Positions 1-10,489 of a stretch of 64,000 bases of DNA are shown here, piece after piece. Source of the DNA: a virus; the IMG/VR virus record IMGVR_UViG_3300030104_003872, positions 1 through 64,000 of that record; one strand, 5' to 3'. The translations under genes were made by a program, and so were the position numbers. Below the pieces are notes generated by a model. The model was not told the DNA's origin, ran no database searches, and was given only the letters and a program-made list of their open reading frames with translations. How positions within the stretch are numbered: the stretch's first letter is position 1; each line of letters begins with the position of its first letter.

Positions 1-2773
1 ATATAGCACCAACAGTATTTTTGTATTCAAAACAGAAGTGGTGATTATCTATTATTTTCTTAACGACAATATCTAAACCATTCTTACCGTCACCTGTTCT
101 AGTAAAGGCATTACCGCCATACTCATCGTAAATCTTGAACTCGTCATTAACTTCAAGACCATGCTCTATACAATGTGCTATGATGTAACTTGTTCCATGA
201 CTCCTACCGTCACTAAATCCTATAATTTTCCTAGTATTCCACATACGCCAAATGTTTTTATCTGAATCTATTGCGGTCGGTGCAGTATTATACACATCAG
301 GTTCAGCACTAGGTCCAAAAGTATCTTGACCAACATACATCTGTATAGGGTTAGCGGAAAATAACCTAGTTCTTTGGTCGTATCTAGCAGAATAATACCC
401 CGATATTGCTCCTATTTCTGTTGTTGATGCTTGGGGATGTAAAGCCCTTGTTTGGTGGTCCATACCTATTGATTGTTGACCACGAAGAAGTGCTCTAGCA
501 CCCATATAGAAGTTATCACTTATCATTAATGCTTCTTCTTCTCTATATGTATATTCTGTTGATAAAGTCTTTTCGTTTTGACCAACTTCCCAATAAGGCA
601 TTATACTATCTAACCTGCTTATAGCATCTCTTGAAGTTATTTTTATTTCCCTAGTATTCTGTTTAGCATTTTGTTTTATAGTAACTTGTTCTAAAAACCC
701 GACCCACGATGGGGAATCAATATTATTCTTGAAAAATAACAACATCCATTCTGATGGAGAATCTTGGAATATATCTTGTATCTGTCTTTCGTTATTATCA
801 TCTAAGATTTTTATTTGCATATTAGATGCTCTGTTTATACCTGCCGTGAATGCAACTTCGTTTATACTCATATCACTTCCGGCACTAATAGTATTGGGGC
901 TATTTCTTACCGGATTTGTAATTTCATTTATTAGACCAACCCTATCTATCAAAGTCCACATAGTACCTGTTCTTTCTGATTTTGGACCCCACCACTTACC
1001 CGCCGTTAATCCGTACTCGTTAGTACCGTTATCGGGTGTGAATGTTCCGTCTTTTTGTAAGGAAGCATGGTCTATGTGATAGCCGTATAAATCAGTCGCA
1101 CTCCAATTACCACCGGACGGTTTAGTTTCAAAGTTAAATGTTCCACCTTCGTAACCATCCACATAGACCTTGTATCGTTGGTTGGTGAAGTCCATCACAA
1201 CATCAACATCGAGCCACTGTTGCCACTCATTAGAATAATTAGGTGTGGTAACTGTACTTGTGGAATCTAAATCAATGAAGGATTGTTTATGTACTGTTGA
1301 TATATTAGAATCAAGAGCACTTACTCTTACTTGGTTAATATCTTTCATTATTTTTTGACTTTCGCTTGTTGGGTGAGGTTGTAATTCAAACTGTATTGCT
1401 GATATGCAATGCGAAGGATTATGGTCTGTATTAGCAGGGGTATATCTATTCCCCCTTGAAGTCATATCTAAACGGGATGAATCAAACCCGACTCGTATGA
1501 TGTAGTGGCTTATTCTATCACTATCGGGTAATCCGTTGTCTTTGATATTCAAAGGACAGAATCTAAAGTGGAATGTATCACCATTTCCTACGCAATTCAA
1601 ATCACCATCAAAAGTCATTACAGGCTCAAACCACTTTCTAATATCAACATTACCTTCTGACGCACCACCGCCTATGTATTCTCCATTAGTGGATTTGAAC
1701 TTACTAACATCTAGTAATTCGTTTCTGCTAAGACTGTATAGTTTAGTAATTTTATTATTAGTAAGGTCTATTGCCTGTATAACACCGAACTCATCATGCT
1801 TTCCTATCTGCACTATATCTCCTATACGGAAGTGTTCTAGTTCTCTTTTGTTGCCTGTGTAACGCCAATTACCATCTGCTCCGACAGGGTCGACATCACC
1901 ATTTATTCTATGTGTTGCGGGCATAGTATGTCTGATAGCGAGGAATGGTGTTCGGGATGGGGATTTAATTTCAGCACCTAATATATGAGCGTCTTGTTGG
2001 TTAGCATCCCAATCTGATATTGTTAGTATGTTACTAGGGGTAGTGTCTATTGTGAAAGAACCTGTTGTGACCGCACTAGCAGTATGAAAAATAGTTGCAT
2101 CTTCGCCACTATCATTAAACAATGCAGAGTAATCGTAATAAGAAGAAACAGTTGTACCTGCTATATTTGTGTTATAAGTCTGACTGTTAGCAGAGGAAAT
2201 ACCTGCGGATTGGTGAAATCTATAACCTGCCGTCATTCCTTCTCTCATAAAAGATGGGTCAGTATCACCATTGTTAATGAAATATTTTCCACCGGACATA
2301 AAGGATGTACTCATTAAGATATAATTATCCAGTTCTCCTTTCCCACCTAATTTATATCTATTACTGTGAGTATGCGAATCAAGAAACTCGTTGTTAATCT
2401 TTGCTGAATATGCTCTTCCTTTGTCTAGCCTAGTAACATCCACTGTTAGCCATTCGGCCATAGATAGATTGTGTAATTCTTTAATGTCATTAGTGACCTT
2501 ACCCCCACCATATACGGTAGCACCACTAAATGTTGATGTTCTATCTGCGTAAGACCATCTGTAATGAGGATTTAAGCGTGCTTCTGCATTAAGGGGATTC
2601 CCATAGTGAGTATTTGTAGTGGAAAGGCTATTATCCTGTGCTTCCGGCAAAGAATAAGAACCAGAGAAATCTTCCCAATAACCCGCTAACCAAAACTGAT
2701 AATCTTCATCAAAGGGTTGACCAGAAGTATATTTTCTGGTCTGAGTACCATTTAGCATTGCATATCTTGTCAA
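1..2773 (-). CDS. Large tail/baseplate-region protein, partial (runs off window start; absent from ORF track)
   Basis: Frame starts TTG at 2773 (or ATG at 2758): (M)TRYAMLNGTQTRKYTSGQPFDEDYQFWLAGYWEDF...; the same frame is open at the window edge (..KIIDNHHFCFEYKNTVGAI). Only the two ends were translated. Lies directly downstream of the tape measure gene. Confidence 0.7.
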   Translation of the reverse strand, partial: MTRYAMLNGTQTRKYTSGQPFDEDYQFWLAGYWEDFSGSYSLPEAQDNSLSTTNTHYGNPLNAEARLNPHYRWSYADRTSTFSGATVYGGGKVTNDIKELHNLSMAEWLTVDVTRLDKGRAYSAKINNEFLDSHTHSNRYKLGGKGELDNYILMSTSFMSGGKYFINNGDTDPSFMREGMTAGYRFHQSAGISSANSQTYNTNIAGTTVSSYYDYSALFNDSGEDATIFHTASAVTTGSFTIDTTPSNILTISDWDANQQDAHILGAEIKSPSRTPFLAIRHTMPATHRINGDVDPVGADGNWRYTGNKRELEHFRIGDIVQIGKHDEFGVIQAIDLTNNKITKLYSLSRNELLDVSKFKSTNGEYIGGGASEGNVDIRKWFEPVMTFDGDLNCVGNGDTFHFRFCPLNIKDNGLPDSDRISHYIIRVGFDSSRLDMTSRGNRYTPANTDHNPSHCISAIQFELQPHPTSESQKIMKDINQVRVSALDSNISTVHKQSFIDLDSTSTVTTPNYSNEWQQWLDVDVVMDFTNQRYKVYVDGYEGGTFNFETKPSGGNWSATDLYGYHIDHASLQKDGTFTPDNGTNEYGLTAGKWWGPKSERTGTMWTLIDRVGLINEITNPVRNSPNTISAGSDMSINEVAFTAGINRASNMQIKILDDNNERQIQDIFQDSPSEWMLLFFKNNIDSPSWVGFLEQVTIKQNAKQNTREIKITSRDAISRLDSIMPYWEVGQNEKTLSTEYTYREEEALMISDNFYMGARALLRGQQSIGMDHQTRALHPQASTTEIGAISGYYSARYDQRTRLFSANPIQMYVGQDTFGPSAEPDVYNTAPTAIDSDKNIWRMWNTRKIIGFSDGRSHGTSYIIAHCIEHGLEVNDEFKIYDEYGGNAFTRTGDGKNGLDIVVKKIIDNHHFCFEYKNTVGAI

Positions 2774-2783
2774 TCAAATCCCT

Positions 2784-5624
2784 CTAATACCCCGACATTG
2801 TTTGTAATGCCCCACTATCCTTTAACCTTTCTTCTATTGCCTCGGTTACTAATTGAGCCGCTCCTTCGTATGTTACACCGCTAAAGTTATTTGTTACATA
2901 TATCTCTGGGGAAAAGTATAGGTTTTCAACACCATTTTGTTTTAAGTCATTGAATAAAGCATTGTTCATGGCTGATTTCCTTCCACCAAAGAATATTTCT
3001 AATCTTTTATTGTCAAAAGAGGACATAGCATCTTCGGAATCTTGTAATGCACTATTGAAATCTGATAAATTATCTATTTGATTTTCCGTACTATTAGAAA
3101 AAGCATCATATTCTGCTCGCATTGCCTCGTAGGCTGATTGGTTAGCGTCTATTTCTTTTTGAAGTTGGTCTAACTCGTTATTTAGTTCGCTAGTTCCGAA
3201 AATATCATACTTGTCGGCGGCGTACATGGCGGCGGCTCCGGCGATAAGTGCAGTTAGTATTGTTAAACCACCTGTTGCGAATGCAGTCGCCGTACTTAAC
3301 TTCATCATAGCAACTGTTTGAGCAAAAGTCATTGCTATCATTGGAACGAAAGCGGCGGTCATAAGAATCATTTGTGCTTCTGCTCTATCTGTTTCATCAC
3401 CCATGAACCCTACCGCTAGTGAAGATAGCATCATAGCATTAGTTAATAGCATAGAACCACGCATAAGCATGGTTGTTACACCTACCTTTTGTCCTAATAT
3501 TGCGGTATGTATCTTATCTGCTTGGGCTTGTGTCAAAGTACCTTGTGTAACTAATCTATCAACGTCTGTTCTAAGTTTTGATAGATTTATATTAGCCAAT
3601 TTCATCATAGCATCATCTTGGTCTGTTTGAAGAACCAGAGATTTAAGCAATAAGTTATTGTAAAGTTTCTTTTCTTCTTCTGTCAAGGATTTGTTATAAA
3701 CATCGACTGATTGAGCACTAAGAAGTTTAGCAGTAAACTCACTTTCTATTAAGTCTATTTTATTTTGTATGAAAAGACCTTCGTTTGCAAGAGCACTCAT
3801 TTCATTCTTTAAGTCAGTTTGTCTTTGTATAGAACCTGCGTGTTCTATGTCATCAACCATAGCCACACTAGATGCGTAAATCATTTCAGTCGTGAGTAAA
3901 TCTTGTTTAATTCCCATCTCATTTGCTATTTGAGTTAGTCTTTCTTGATGACCCTTTTTTTCAGTCATTTGTTTTGATAACTCTACCTGAAGTCCCATAA
4001 AGGTCATTTCAGTCATTCCCATCTGTGCTTGGGAGTGGAATGTCATTATCTGAGTATTTTCACCCAATAATTTTTGTTGTTTAATTAATAAGTTAATTTG
4101 TTGTATCTTTAGATTTACATTGTGAGCATTAACTAAGGCTTGATTTCCTAATAGTTTGAGGCTTATTTCATCACTATAAACCCCATTTGCTCTTAGTATA
4201 TTCAATACCTTTTCCGCTTCTGCTATATTGACAGTCGTTGTTGCTTCTAGTCCTTTTAATGTGGTTAGTGCTTTTTGTGCGTGGGTTTGTGCAATTGTCT
4301 GTGCTAAAAGAGTTTTTTGTGCAACACCTAGAACAGTTATTGCTAACGCAAACTGCATAAGAGGTTTCATTACTTCATAGACTGCACTTCCCATCAAAAG
4401 CCATTGTGAAATCATTTTACCGGGTCCAGTACCCATAAGAGTATTTTGAGCATCTGCTTGCATATACTGAACCTTAATAAGTTGAAGATTCGTGGGGATT
4501 AATTTCTTTGCTATTTCATATTCAATAGCCGCTATATGCTTTTCGTATTGCTGAATCTGATACATATTGTTTTCTTGGAAAGTACCAAACTCTTCTAGAG
4601 CACTGTTTGCAGAGTTTTGGGAACTTGTTTGAATCTGAACTGCACGGTCATATCCTTCCATCAATTTGATGAATCTAACATAGTGGTGAGCACCCGCAAC
4701 ACCAATAGCAATGTTAGTTTGTTGGGAAGAGGATAATCCATCCCATTGTGGTTTTAGTTGCTCCATTACTTGCATTAGAGTAAACATATTCCCTGTTTCG
4801 TCTTTTACCTGTACGTTGTATTCTGCTAAAAGAGCATTGTTACCTGACCTATCAGATGCTAACCTAGCAAGCATTTGTTTGATAGAACGTCCCGCCTTTG
4901 ATGATTGCTCACCTTGTTCGATAAGTACCGCACCTAAAGCAATCTGCTCATCTAATGATGTATTTACTAGGCTCGCCGCCGAAGCGTATTGGTTAAGAGC
5001 CTGTATCATATTTTGTATAGTTGCACCGCTAGTATTTTCCACTTCGTTAAGTCTATCAACTAAGCGGATAGTATTTTCTAATACAACTATTCTTTGCTCT
5101 TCTGCACTAAGATTATCTTTTTGTATGTTACCATACATAAACCCTGTTTGCATTTGTAACTGCATGAGGGCTTGCATTGCTGATTCGGTTTCCATCATAC
5201 CTACCGCACCTAGCAACATAGAACCTGTTGTAACACCCATCTGAGCATCATCACCACCAATCTGCATTTCTAACTGCTTCATGGTAGCGGCCGCTTCTAG
5301 AGATTCTGCGGCTGACTGATTAAACGCGGCTCCAATGCTTATGATTTGTGATTCTAGGTCTTCTGCTAAGTCTATGTTATCATCAAAGAACTTCTCAAAA
5401 TGTATTCTTGCTTCTTCAATAGGCTCTGCTAAATCCATTAGGGCATCGTTCCATTGCTGAATACCCATGAATACTTCCTCGAAAGCAATCATCATACCTT
5501 CGATAGCGTCGGTGAATACGGCAGTCATTACTGCACCTAGAGCATTAGCATCATCTAGGATTTGTTCAGATTTAATAGACGCATAGACCGTGAAGAAGGT
5601 CCTTGCACCACCCATCTTTGCCAT
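2784..5624 (-). CDS. Tail tape measure protein
   Basis: 946 aa, Ala/Gln/Leu-rich and helical, TP901-type core (GEQSSKAGRSIKQMLARL...), hydrophobic segments; follows tail tube and chaperone genes. Confidence 0.9.
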   Translation of the reverse strand: MAKMGGARTFFTVYASIKSEQILDDANALGAVMTAVFTDAIEGMMIAFEEVFMGIQQWNDALMDLAEPIEEARIHFEKFFDDNIDLAEDLESQIISIGAAFNQSAAESLEAAATMKQLEMQIGGDDAQMGVTTGSMLLGAVGMMETESAMQALMQLQMQTGFMYGNIQKDNLSAEEQRIVVLENTIRLVDRLNEVENTSGATIQNMIQALNQYASAASLVNTSLDEQIALGAVLIEQGEQSSKAGRSIKQMLARLASDRSGNNALLAEYNVQVKDETGNMFTLMQVMEQLKPQWDGLSSSQQTNIAIGVAGAHHYVRFIKLMEGYDRAVQIQTSSQNSANSALEEFGTFQENNMYQIQQYEKHIAAIEYEIAKKLIPTNLQLIKVQYMQADAQNTLMGTGPGKMISQWLLMGSAVYEVMKPLMQFALAITVLGVAQKTLLAQTIAQTHAQKALTTLKGLEATTTVNIAEAEKVLNILRANGVYSDEISLKLLGNQALVNAHNVNLKIQQINLLIKQQKLLGENTQIMTFHSQAQMGMTEMTFMGLQVELSKQMTEKKGHQERLTQIANEMGIKQDLLTTEMIYASSVAMVDDIEHAGSIQRQTDLKNEMSALANEGLFIQNKIDLIESEFTAKLLSAQSVDVYNKSLTEEEKKLYNNLLLKSLVLQTDQDDAMMKLANINLSKLRTDVDRLVTQGTLTQAQADKIHTAILGQKVGVTTMLMRGSMLLTNAMMLSSLAVGFMGDETDRAEAQMILMTAAFVPMIAMTFAQTVAMMKLSTATAFATGGLTILTALIAGAAAMYAADKYDIFGTSELNNELDQLQKEIDANQSAYEAMRAEYDAFSNSTENQIDNLSDFNSALQDSEDAMSSFDNKRLEIFFGGRKSAMNNALFNDLKQNGVENLYFSPEIYVTNNFSGVTYEGAAQLVTEAIEERLKDSGALQTMSGY

Positions 5625-5626
5625 AA

Positions 5627-5890
5627 TTAATCACCCCCTTCTTTCTTCATACGAGCCGCTCTACGCTGATTCCTACGAGCCACTGCTCCTTTAGCGTCTT
5701 TGGCTAAGTTTTTGTTTGATTTATCAGATTTACTGTAAGCCTCGCTTAATTGGTCATTTATTTCAGATGCTACACAAGCGTCTATTTCCATACGGGCTAA
5801 ACCAACTTCGGGGTCACCCCACCTTTCAGCAAAAGTTGATGGTGAAATACCCTTAAATGTAGAGCAAACTGCGGGTAATAGAAAACTCAT
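5627..5890 (-). CDS. Tail assembly chaperone, C-terminal 'T' part (likely expressed as G-T fusion)
   Basis: Sits between chaperone G and tape measure, in the -1 frame reached from the CCCTTTG slippery site at 5896-5902. Confidence 0.7.
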   Translation of the reverse strand: MSFLLPAVCSTFKGISPSTFAERWGDPEVGLARMEIDACVASEINDQLSEAYSKSDKSNKNLAKDAKGAVARRNQRRAARMKKEGGD

Positions 5891-6249
5891 CTGACCAAAG
5901 GGACTGCTCCTTCATCCTCCTCACCTCTAATAAAAGCAAGCAGGGGTACTATTTCTTCTGAAAGAAGTTCCGAAGCATCACATTGAGTACCATCTTCAAA
6001 CTTTCCAACACATAGGGGAACAAGTGTTCTAATCTGAGAATCTAATCCTGCTCCGTACTCTTCCACCATATCGAAGAACTCGTCTTGTTGCTCATCGGTC
6101 CAATCAGCAGGGCTATTGCCAAAATGTCGGCATTTACGAAGAGCTTTTGCGTGTGCCGTTTCTAGTGGTAATTTTTCAAGACCGGATGCTTGACGTACCC
6201 AGACCTTTTTTCCGTTATTTAATTCAAACAATTTACTTTTTATCGGCAT
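5887..6249 (-). CDS. Tail assembly chaperone 'G'
   Basis: 120 aa acidic protein between tail tube and tape measure; ends just after an X-XXY-YYZ heptamer. Confidence 0.75.
   Translation of the reverse strand: MPIKSKLFELNNGKKVWVRQASGLEKLPLETAHAKALRKCRHFGNSPADWTDEQQDEFFDMVEEYGAGLDSQIRTLVPLCVGKFEDGTQCDASELLSEEIVPLLAFIRGEEDEGAVPLVR
5896..5902 (-). other. Putative programmed -1 ribosomal frameshift site (C CCT TTG)
   Basis: Minus strand reads GTC CCT TTG GTC AGA TGA; a -1 slip gives CCC TTT GGT CAG ATG AGT..., the frame of 5627-5890. Confidence 0.7.
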
Positions 6250-6517
6250 CTTTCTTCACACTCTTCTTTGCTTTACTTTTCTTTTTAGGCTTGGCTTCTG
6301 CTTTCGCCTTCTCTTCAACCTCTTTCTTCAAGGCCTCTAACTCTTCCGCTTGTTCTTTGTCCATCTCAGCAATAAGTTTATTGTATCTTGCTGGTCGACC
6401 ACCGGATAATTTGTATAGACGCTTTTTCTCGTCCATCTCGAACTTTCTTGAACCCCCTCTAATAGAAGGGTCGTATTTATTATGCTTATTATTCTTTACC
6501 ATACTTAACCACCTCAT
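6233..6517 (-). CDS. Small Lys/Glu-rich hypothetical protein
   Basis: ORF coupled to neighbours in the tail operon; basic C-terminus; true start probably the internal Met (MVKNNK). Confidence 0.6.
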   Translation of the reverse strand: MRWLSMVKNNKHNKYDPSIRGGSRKFEMDEKKRLYKLSGGRPARYNKLIAEMDKEQAEELEALKKEVEEKAKAEAKPKKKSKAKKSVKKDADKK

Positions 6518-7596
6518 GCAAGCGGGGCGGTTGATTTAGTACTCTTCCAAACTGCTTTAGACATTGCTCCGACCCCTTCGTCAAATAATGCAGTAAAGGA
6601 AACTGTCATAGTTTGTCTATCCCTACCGCTTATTGTTGAATCCGGTGCATCGTACTGAACCTTGTATAAGTCAATTTGAAGATTTTCGTTTGTTGCACCT
6701 TCAAAGTAAAGACTTATCGCAGGGTCACTTGTTGTACCATTAACTAGAAGTCCGCCCGCTAGTTGTTTATAGAATGGTTCGTTAGTTACATCATTTAGAC
6801 CAGTATCACTGCTCACGTTATCGTGAATAACTCTGTTAAAAGTAATAGAACCTGTGATTTCCCTCATACCACAAACAGGAATCTTAGTGTAAGTATTATT
6901 ACCTAGTGCAGTAGCAGAATCAACATCTCTGTTTAGATTGATAGTCAATTCAACAGACTGAACAAGTTTTGACCTTTCACCACTAACTGATGCAAGACCT
7001 TGGAAAGCAACGTGTGCTCCTTCAAAGTGGAAAGCATCATTAGCATGGAAATCATTGTTTCCGGGAGCAGAATCTGCGTGTTCTGCGGAATTATTTTCAC
7101 CGCAACCTATGAACTCTGCTGAACACATTACATACTCGTTCATGTTAGCACCAATAGTCAAACTGTTTAGAAGTTGACCGGGGAATCTGTGTGACCTTCC
7201 TTCACGCCCAATAACGCAAGTTAGTGAGTTCCATCCTGTGTATGCTCCGCTTGCTAGGGTAGCCGCAGAATCAACTGTACTTTGTTCCTCTAGTGTGTGG
7301 ACGTAAGCACTTCCGCTTCCTGTGGTTGTTGATTTACCAAAAGCGTTAGCCAATATTTTTCCTGTGAACTCGTCTCCAAGCATAGCAAATGAAATTGAAC
7401 CTGCTACCGTTTCCATTCCTATCGCAGTTGCTCTAGGTCCGTATCTTGACACATCACTTCTTGTCATTATCTCAAAATTGGGTACAAAAGATTCGTCATC
7501 AATTTCCCCATATTTTAGTCCACTTACTATTGGTGTTCCGTATGCGTTTGCGGGTTCTGTGTTAATTGCGAAAAATCTATCAGCCATATTTGCCAT
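6514..7596 (-). CDS. Major tail tube protein
   Basis: 360 aa beta-rich protein with tube-like pattern (GSISF..., ELTINLN, REITGSITF, TMTVSFTAL); upstream of chaperones and tape measure. Confidence 0.8.
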   Translation of the reverse strand: MANMADRFFAINTEPANAYGTPIVSGLKYGEIDDESFVPNFEIMTRSDVSRYGPRATAIGMETVAGSISFAMLGDEFTGKILANAFGKSTTTGSGSAYVHTLEEQSTVDSAATLASGAYTGWNSLTCVIGREGRSHRFPGQLLNSLTIGANMNEYVMCSAEFIGCGENNSAEHADSAPGNNDFHANDAFHFEGAHVAFQGLASVSGERSKLVQSVELTINLNRDVDSATALGNNTYTKIPVCGMREITGSITFNRVIHDNVSSDTGLNDVTNEPFYKQLAGGLLVNGTTSDPAISLYFEGATNENLQIDLYKVQYDAPDSTISGRDRQTMTVSFTALFDEGVGAMSKAVWKSTKSTAPLA

Positions 7597-7644
7597 ATTA
7601 TTACCTCGGCAGTAGTCTTACCACGAGCCATGCCCTATTTAGTA

Positions 7645-8748
7645 TCACCGTATCGTCATCCTTTCTCGTCGCATATATGTTACATTTAGCATATGTATGC
7701 AAACCATTTCATCATTATCGACCTTAGTATCTAATTGTACTTGATAACCTGTTAGGCTATCTTTAGAACCATTTAGCCCTGTGGTTGTATAGAGTTCATC
7801 GAAAACATCACCTAGTATTCTTAGGCCAAGACGATAGGATTCTTGATAGTCTGTTCCTTTGGTTGTTACCATTATTTGAGCATCGTTTTCTGTTTGTATG
7901 CTAGTACCGCCTAAAGTCTCAAAGCCATCAGAAGCAGTTCCTTGTACTATAATATGAATGGTAGGTGGGGATAGACGCATTATCATACCGGAAGAAAGGT
8001 CATAACCATATAGTATGCTAGAATCGGGGATTTCTTTAATGTATGCTCTTTTACTATTTCTTAGTGTATCTCGTATAGCAAGACCTAATCTGTTAAGTGT
8101 TGATTGATAGAAAGCAGACATACTTAATTCATCGGGACTAAATGCTCCGTGATGTGTTGCATATACTGAACCCCATTTTGTTTCACCGTCATTACTTCCC
8201 CATGTTATTGTCCTTCCGGTAGTATCAGAAGTCCCTGTTACTTCTAGTGACCTTTGTGTTCCGAAATCATCTTCCATAATCTCATGAACATACATCTTAG
8301 CATTACCTGTTGCGTCTAATGTGAGCCTAATTGTTGTGATATATGGTTCTATTTCTGCTTTAGTTAAATCTAAATCTGTGAAAGTCTTAGTAGTCGTACC
8401 AACGATTTTAAGCCCAGTAGCAGTACCATTGGACTGCACTTCAACCTTATGTGAATCACTTCTGAGTCGAAGAAGAGTAGTACCGTCTGCGGGTATGTCT
8501 GATGCGTTAGGATAGAACATTGTAACCAATATAGTTAAATCGTCTGATGTTGATGGTGTAACTGAGTAATAAGCACTAGATGTTATCTTCCAATAATGAC
8601 CTTCTGCTGAACCCGAACCACTTACTGACCATGCTTCATTATGATTAGTGTTACTAGGGGATAAAGGATTTTCACCATTGATTCTGCTAGTCCAAAATTG
8701 TTCTGTTGTTGCTATCGCCATTCTAATAACCTCCTCTTGTTGGACCAA
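7645..8748 (-). CDS. Tail terminator/completion-like protein with N-terminal beta-rich (lectin-like) extension
   Basis: Position just before tail tube; Ser/Thr-rich N-domain plus ~150 aa C-domain (PPTIHII...AQIMVTTKG...HMLNVTY); probable start MAIATTEQ near 8721. Confidence 0.5.
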   Translation of the reverse strand: MVQQEEVIRMAIATTEQFWTSRINGENPLSPSNTNHNEAWSVSGSGSAEGHYWKITSSAYYSVTPSTSDDLTILVTMFYPNASDIPADGTTLLRLRSDSHKVEVQSNGTATGLKIVGTTTKTFTDLDLTKAEIEPYITTIRLTLDATGNAKMYVHEIMEDDFGTQRSLEVTGTSDTTGRTITWGSNDGETKWGSVYATHHGAFSPDELSMSAFYQSTLNRLGLAIRDTLRNSKRAYIKEIPDSSILYGYDLSSGMIMRLSPPTIHIIVQGTASDGFETLGGTSIQTENDAQIMVTTKGTDYQESYRLGLRILGDVFDELYTTTGLNGSKDSLTGYQVQLDTKVDNDEMVCIHMLNVTYMRRERMTIR

Positions 8749-9397
8749 TTCGTGTACTTACTGTCGCTCCGGGAGAAAGATTCTGCTCTAGTACCCTATC
8801 CATGTGATTAATAAACTTATCTACTACCTTATTACGAGCCCTAGCCATATATCCTAATCTTGGATAACCTTTGTGAGTAAAAGTTTGTTTCCCTTCAATA
8901 CCTGTACCGCTTATCGTAAATGGACCTCGGCCTTGTTCATAATATTGTGCTATCTTACCTTCATAGGTTCTACCGCTTCTTGCTCTTGAACCACGAACAC
9001 CTGCACTATCAAATCTTTCAGGTCTTTCTTGGTCTTGGCTCCACATAGATACTGCAACTTGTCCTTTTTCTTCTGCTTTAGTTTCTCTTACAGTTAGTGA
9101 TTTTGCTATCTTTTGCATTGCTGATTCAGACTCATCCCAAAAACCACTCTTCCTTTCCCAAACAACCCTTCCTTCTGGTCCATTATCTCTATTCTTAAGG
9201 TATCTTTTAGTGTCTGACATAACTTGACGCATCCATTGTTGAAGATGCTTATTGATTACTTGCGGTCCCATATCCTTTATTTGTCTAGCGTACTTTTTCG
9301 TTTCTTTAGTGTTGGCGTGCATTTTGAAATGCAAACCACTTTTGCTAGATACTGATTTAACATAACCAGAGGATGTTTTCATTCCGTATTGGGACAT
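8723..9397 (-). CDS. Putative neck/tail completion protein (HK97 gp10-like position)
   Basis: Basic 224 aa protein with IAQYYEQG...HKGYP..GYM motif; in head-tail joining block. Confidence 0.5.
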   Translation of the reverse strand: MSQYGMKTSSGYVKSVSSKSGLHFKMHANTKETKKYARQIKDMGPQVINKHLQQWMRQVMSDTKRYLKNRDNGPEGRVVWERKSGFWDESESAMQKIAKSLTVRETKAEEKGQVAVSMWSQDQERPERFDSAGVRGSRARSGRTYEGKIAQYYEQGRGPFTISGTGIEGKQTFTHKGYPRLGYMARARNKVVDKFINHMDRVLEQNLSPGATVSTRIGPTRGGY

Positions 9398-9924
9398 TAA
9401 ATAACACCACCGAGGTGTGCAAGTCTAGTTAATGACTGTTTCGTTCTTTCACGAAGAACAGAAGCCCTCATACCTTCACCATCGGTTCTTTGAAATGTTG
9501 ATTCATCTTCAAGATAAAGCGAGGCCGCTAAATCAGCACATATTTCTCTTAATACGTGAGCCATTTCACCTTCTTGTACCGTAACACCCGATGCGTGGTC
9601 AAGTGTAATACCGGTCACACCTGTTAATTGATTAGAGGATTTACCAGTCCATTGAAATGAATCACCATCAATATTTCCTTTGCCCGAATTAGAAAAAGAG
9701 GTTCCGCTTGCCAAATCTACCGTTGTACTTTCGGGGGTATGTGCTCCACTAAGCGTTGATTCGCCTATTTCCTGTGAAGGTGTTGCCCTGCCGTAATACT
9801 TGAACTCTTGGTCTATTTCTATTGATGCCCTTCTGATATGGCTTAGTATTTTTGTATTAGCCTGTACCCTTTGAGCACTATTTAGACCAAGACGGAGGCC
9901 AACATCAGCAACCGAACAATACAT
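9397..9924 (-). CDS. Head-tail adaptor-like protein
   Basis: N-terminal MYCSVADV, ASIEID and LREICADLAA motifs typical of gp36/gp6-like adaptors, with an inserted beta segment. Confidence 0.6.
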   Translation of the reverse strand: MYCSVADVGLRLGLNSAQRVQANTKILSHIRRASIEIDQEFKYYGRATPSQEIGESTLSGAHTPESTTVDLASGTSFSNSGKGNIDGDSFQWTGKSSNQLTGVTGITLDHASGVTVQEGEMAHVLREICADLAASLYLEDESTFQRTDGEGMRASVLRERTKQSLTRLAHLGGVI

Positions 9925-9929
9925 TTATC

Positions 9930-10322
9930 TCACTCTTGTGCATCCTTTAATCTTTGAATTAGGTCTGCTTTCTTTCCTTGTACTGAAAGACCTGCTGACT
10001 TCAATTTTTCTTTTAGTTCTACAACACTATGAGATTCAAGAGTCTTTTCAATCTTTTGTACTTCTGCCTCTGCATCCTTAACTGCTTCTTTAACATCACT
10101 AACGGAATCTAACAACTCGTCTAGAGTTATTTTTCCATCAGCACTAATGGATAGGTACTTCTTATACAAAAGTGACCCTATACCTGCTAGGGCAACAATC
10201 GCTAAAAGTATAATTTCTATATCATCAATTAATGAAGAACTCTCTAACGGTATGCAATCTATTGTTTCGTTTAGTGCATTAAGGCACTGCTCTGCTGTCG
10301 TATTATTACTCATCTTATTCAC
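9930..10322 (-). CDS. Membrane-anchored protein with C-terminal SAP-like domain
   Basis: TM segment IILLAIVALAGIGSLLY; C-terminal SVVELKEKLKSAGLSVQGKKADLIQRL matches the SAP consensus. Confidence 0.7.
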   Translation of the reverse strand: MNKMSNNTTAEQCLNALNETIDCIPLESSSLIDDIEIILLAIVALAGIGSLLYKKYLSISADGKITLDELLDSVSDVKEAVKDAEAEVQKIEKTLESHSVVELKEKLKSAGLSVQGKKADLIQRLKDAQE

Positions 10323-10489
10323 CTATATTCTATTTGTTTGACCGCACTAAATGGGATAAATGATAATGGCCTAGTGTCACCTCTTTCTTTGAACACTTTA
10401 TAACCATGTGCAGTTTCTTCAATATGCACATTAGTGTAGCATTTTTCCGGCGGGCAATAAACAATCTTGCCGAACCTAGTCTCACTCAT
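10319..10489 (-). CDS. Small hypothetical protein (56 aa, not in ORF track)
   Basis: MSETRFGKIVYCPPEKCYTNVHIEE...IPFSAVKQIEYR*; fills the gap and overlaps both neighbours. Confidence 0.6.
   Translation of the reverse strand: MSETRFGKIVYCPPEKCYTNVHIEETAHGYKVFKERGDTRPLSFIPFSAVKQIEYR

Noticed and set aside
729-5244. Plus-strand ORFs over the tail and tape-measure genes
   Set aside because: Antisense to long minus-strand genes and lacking protein-like motifs.
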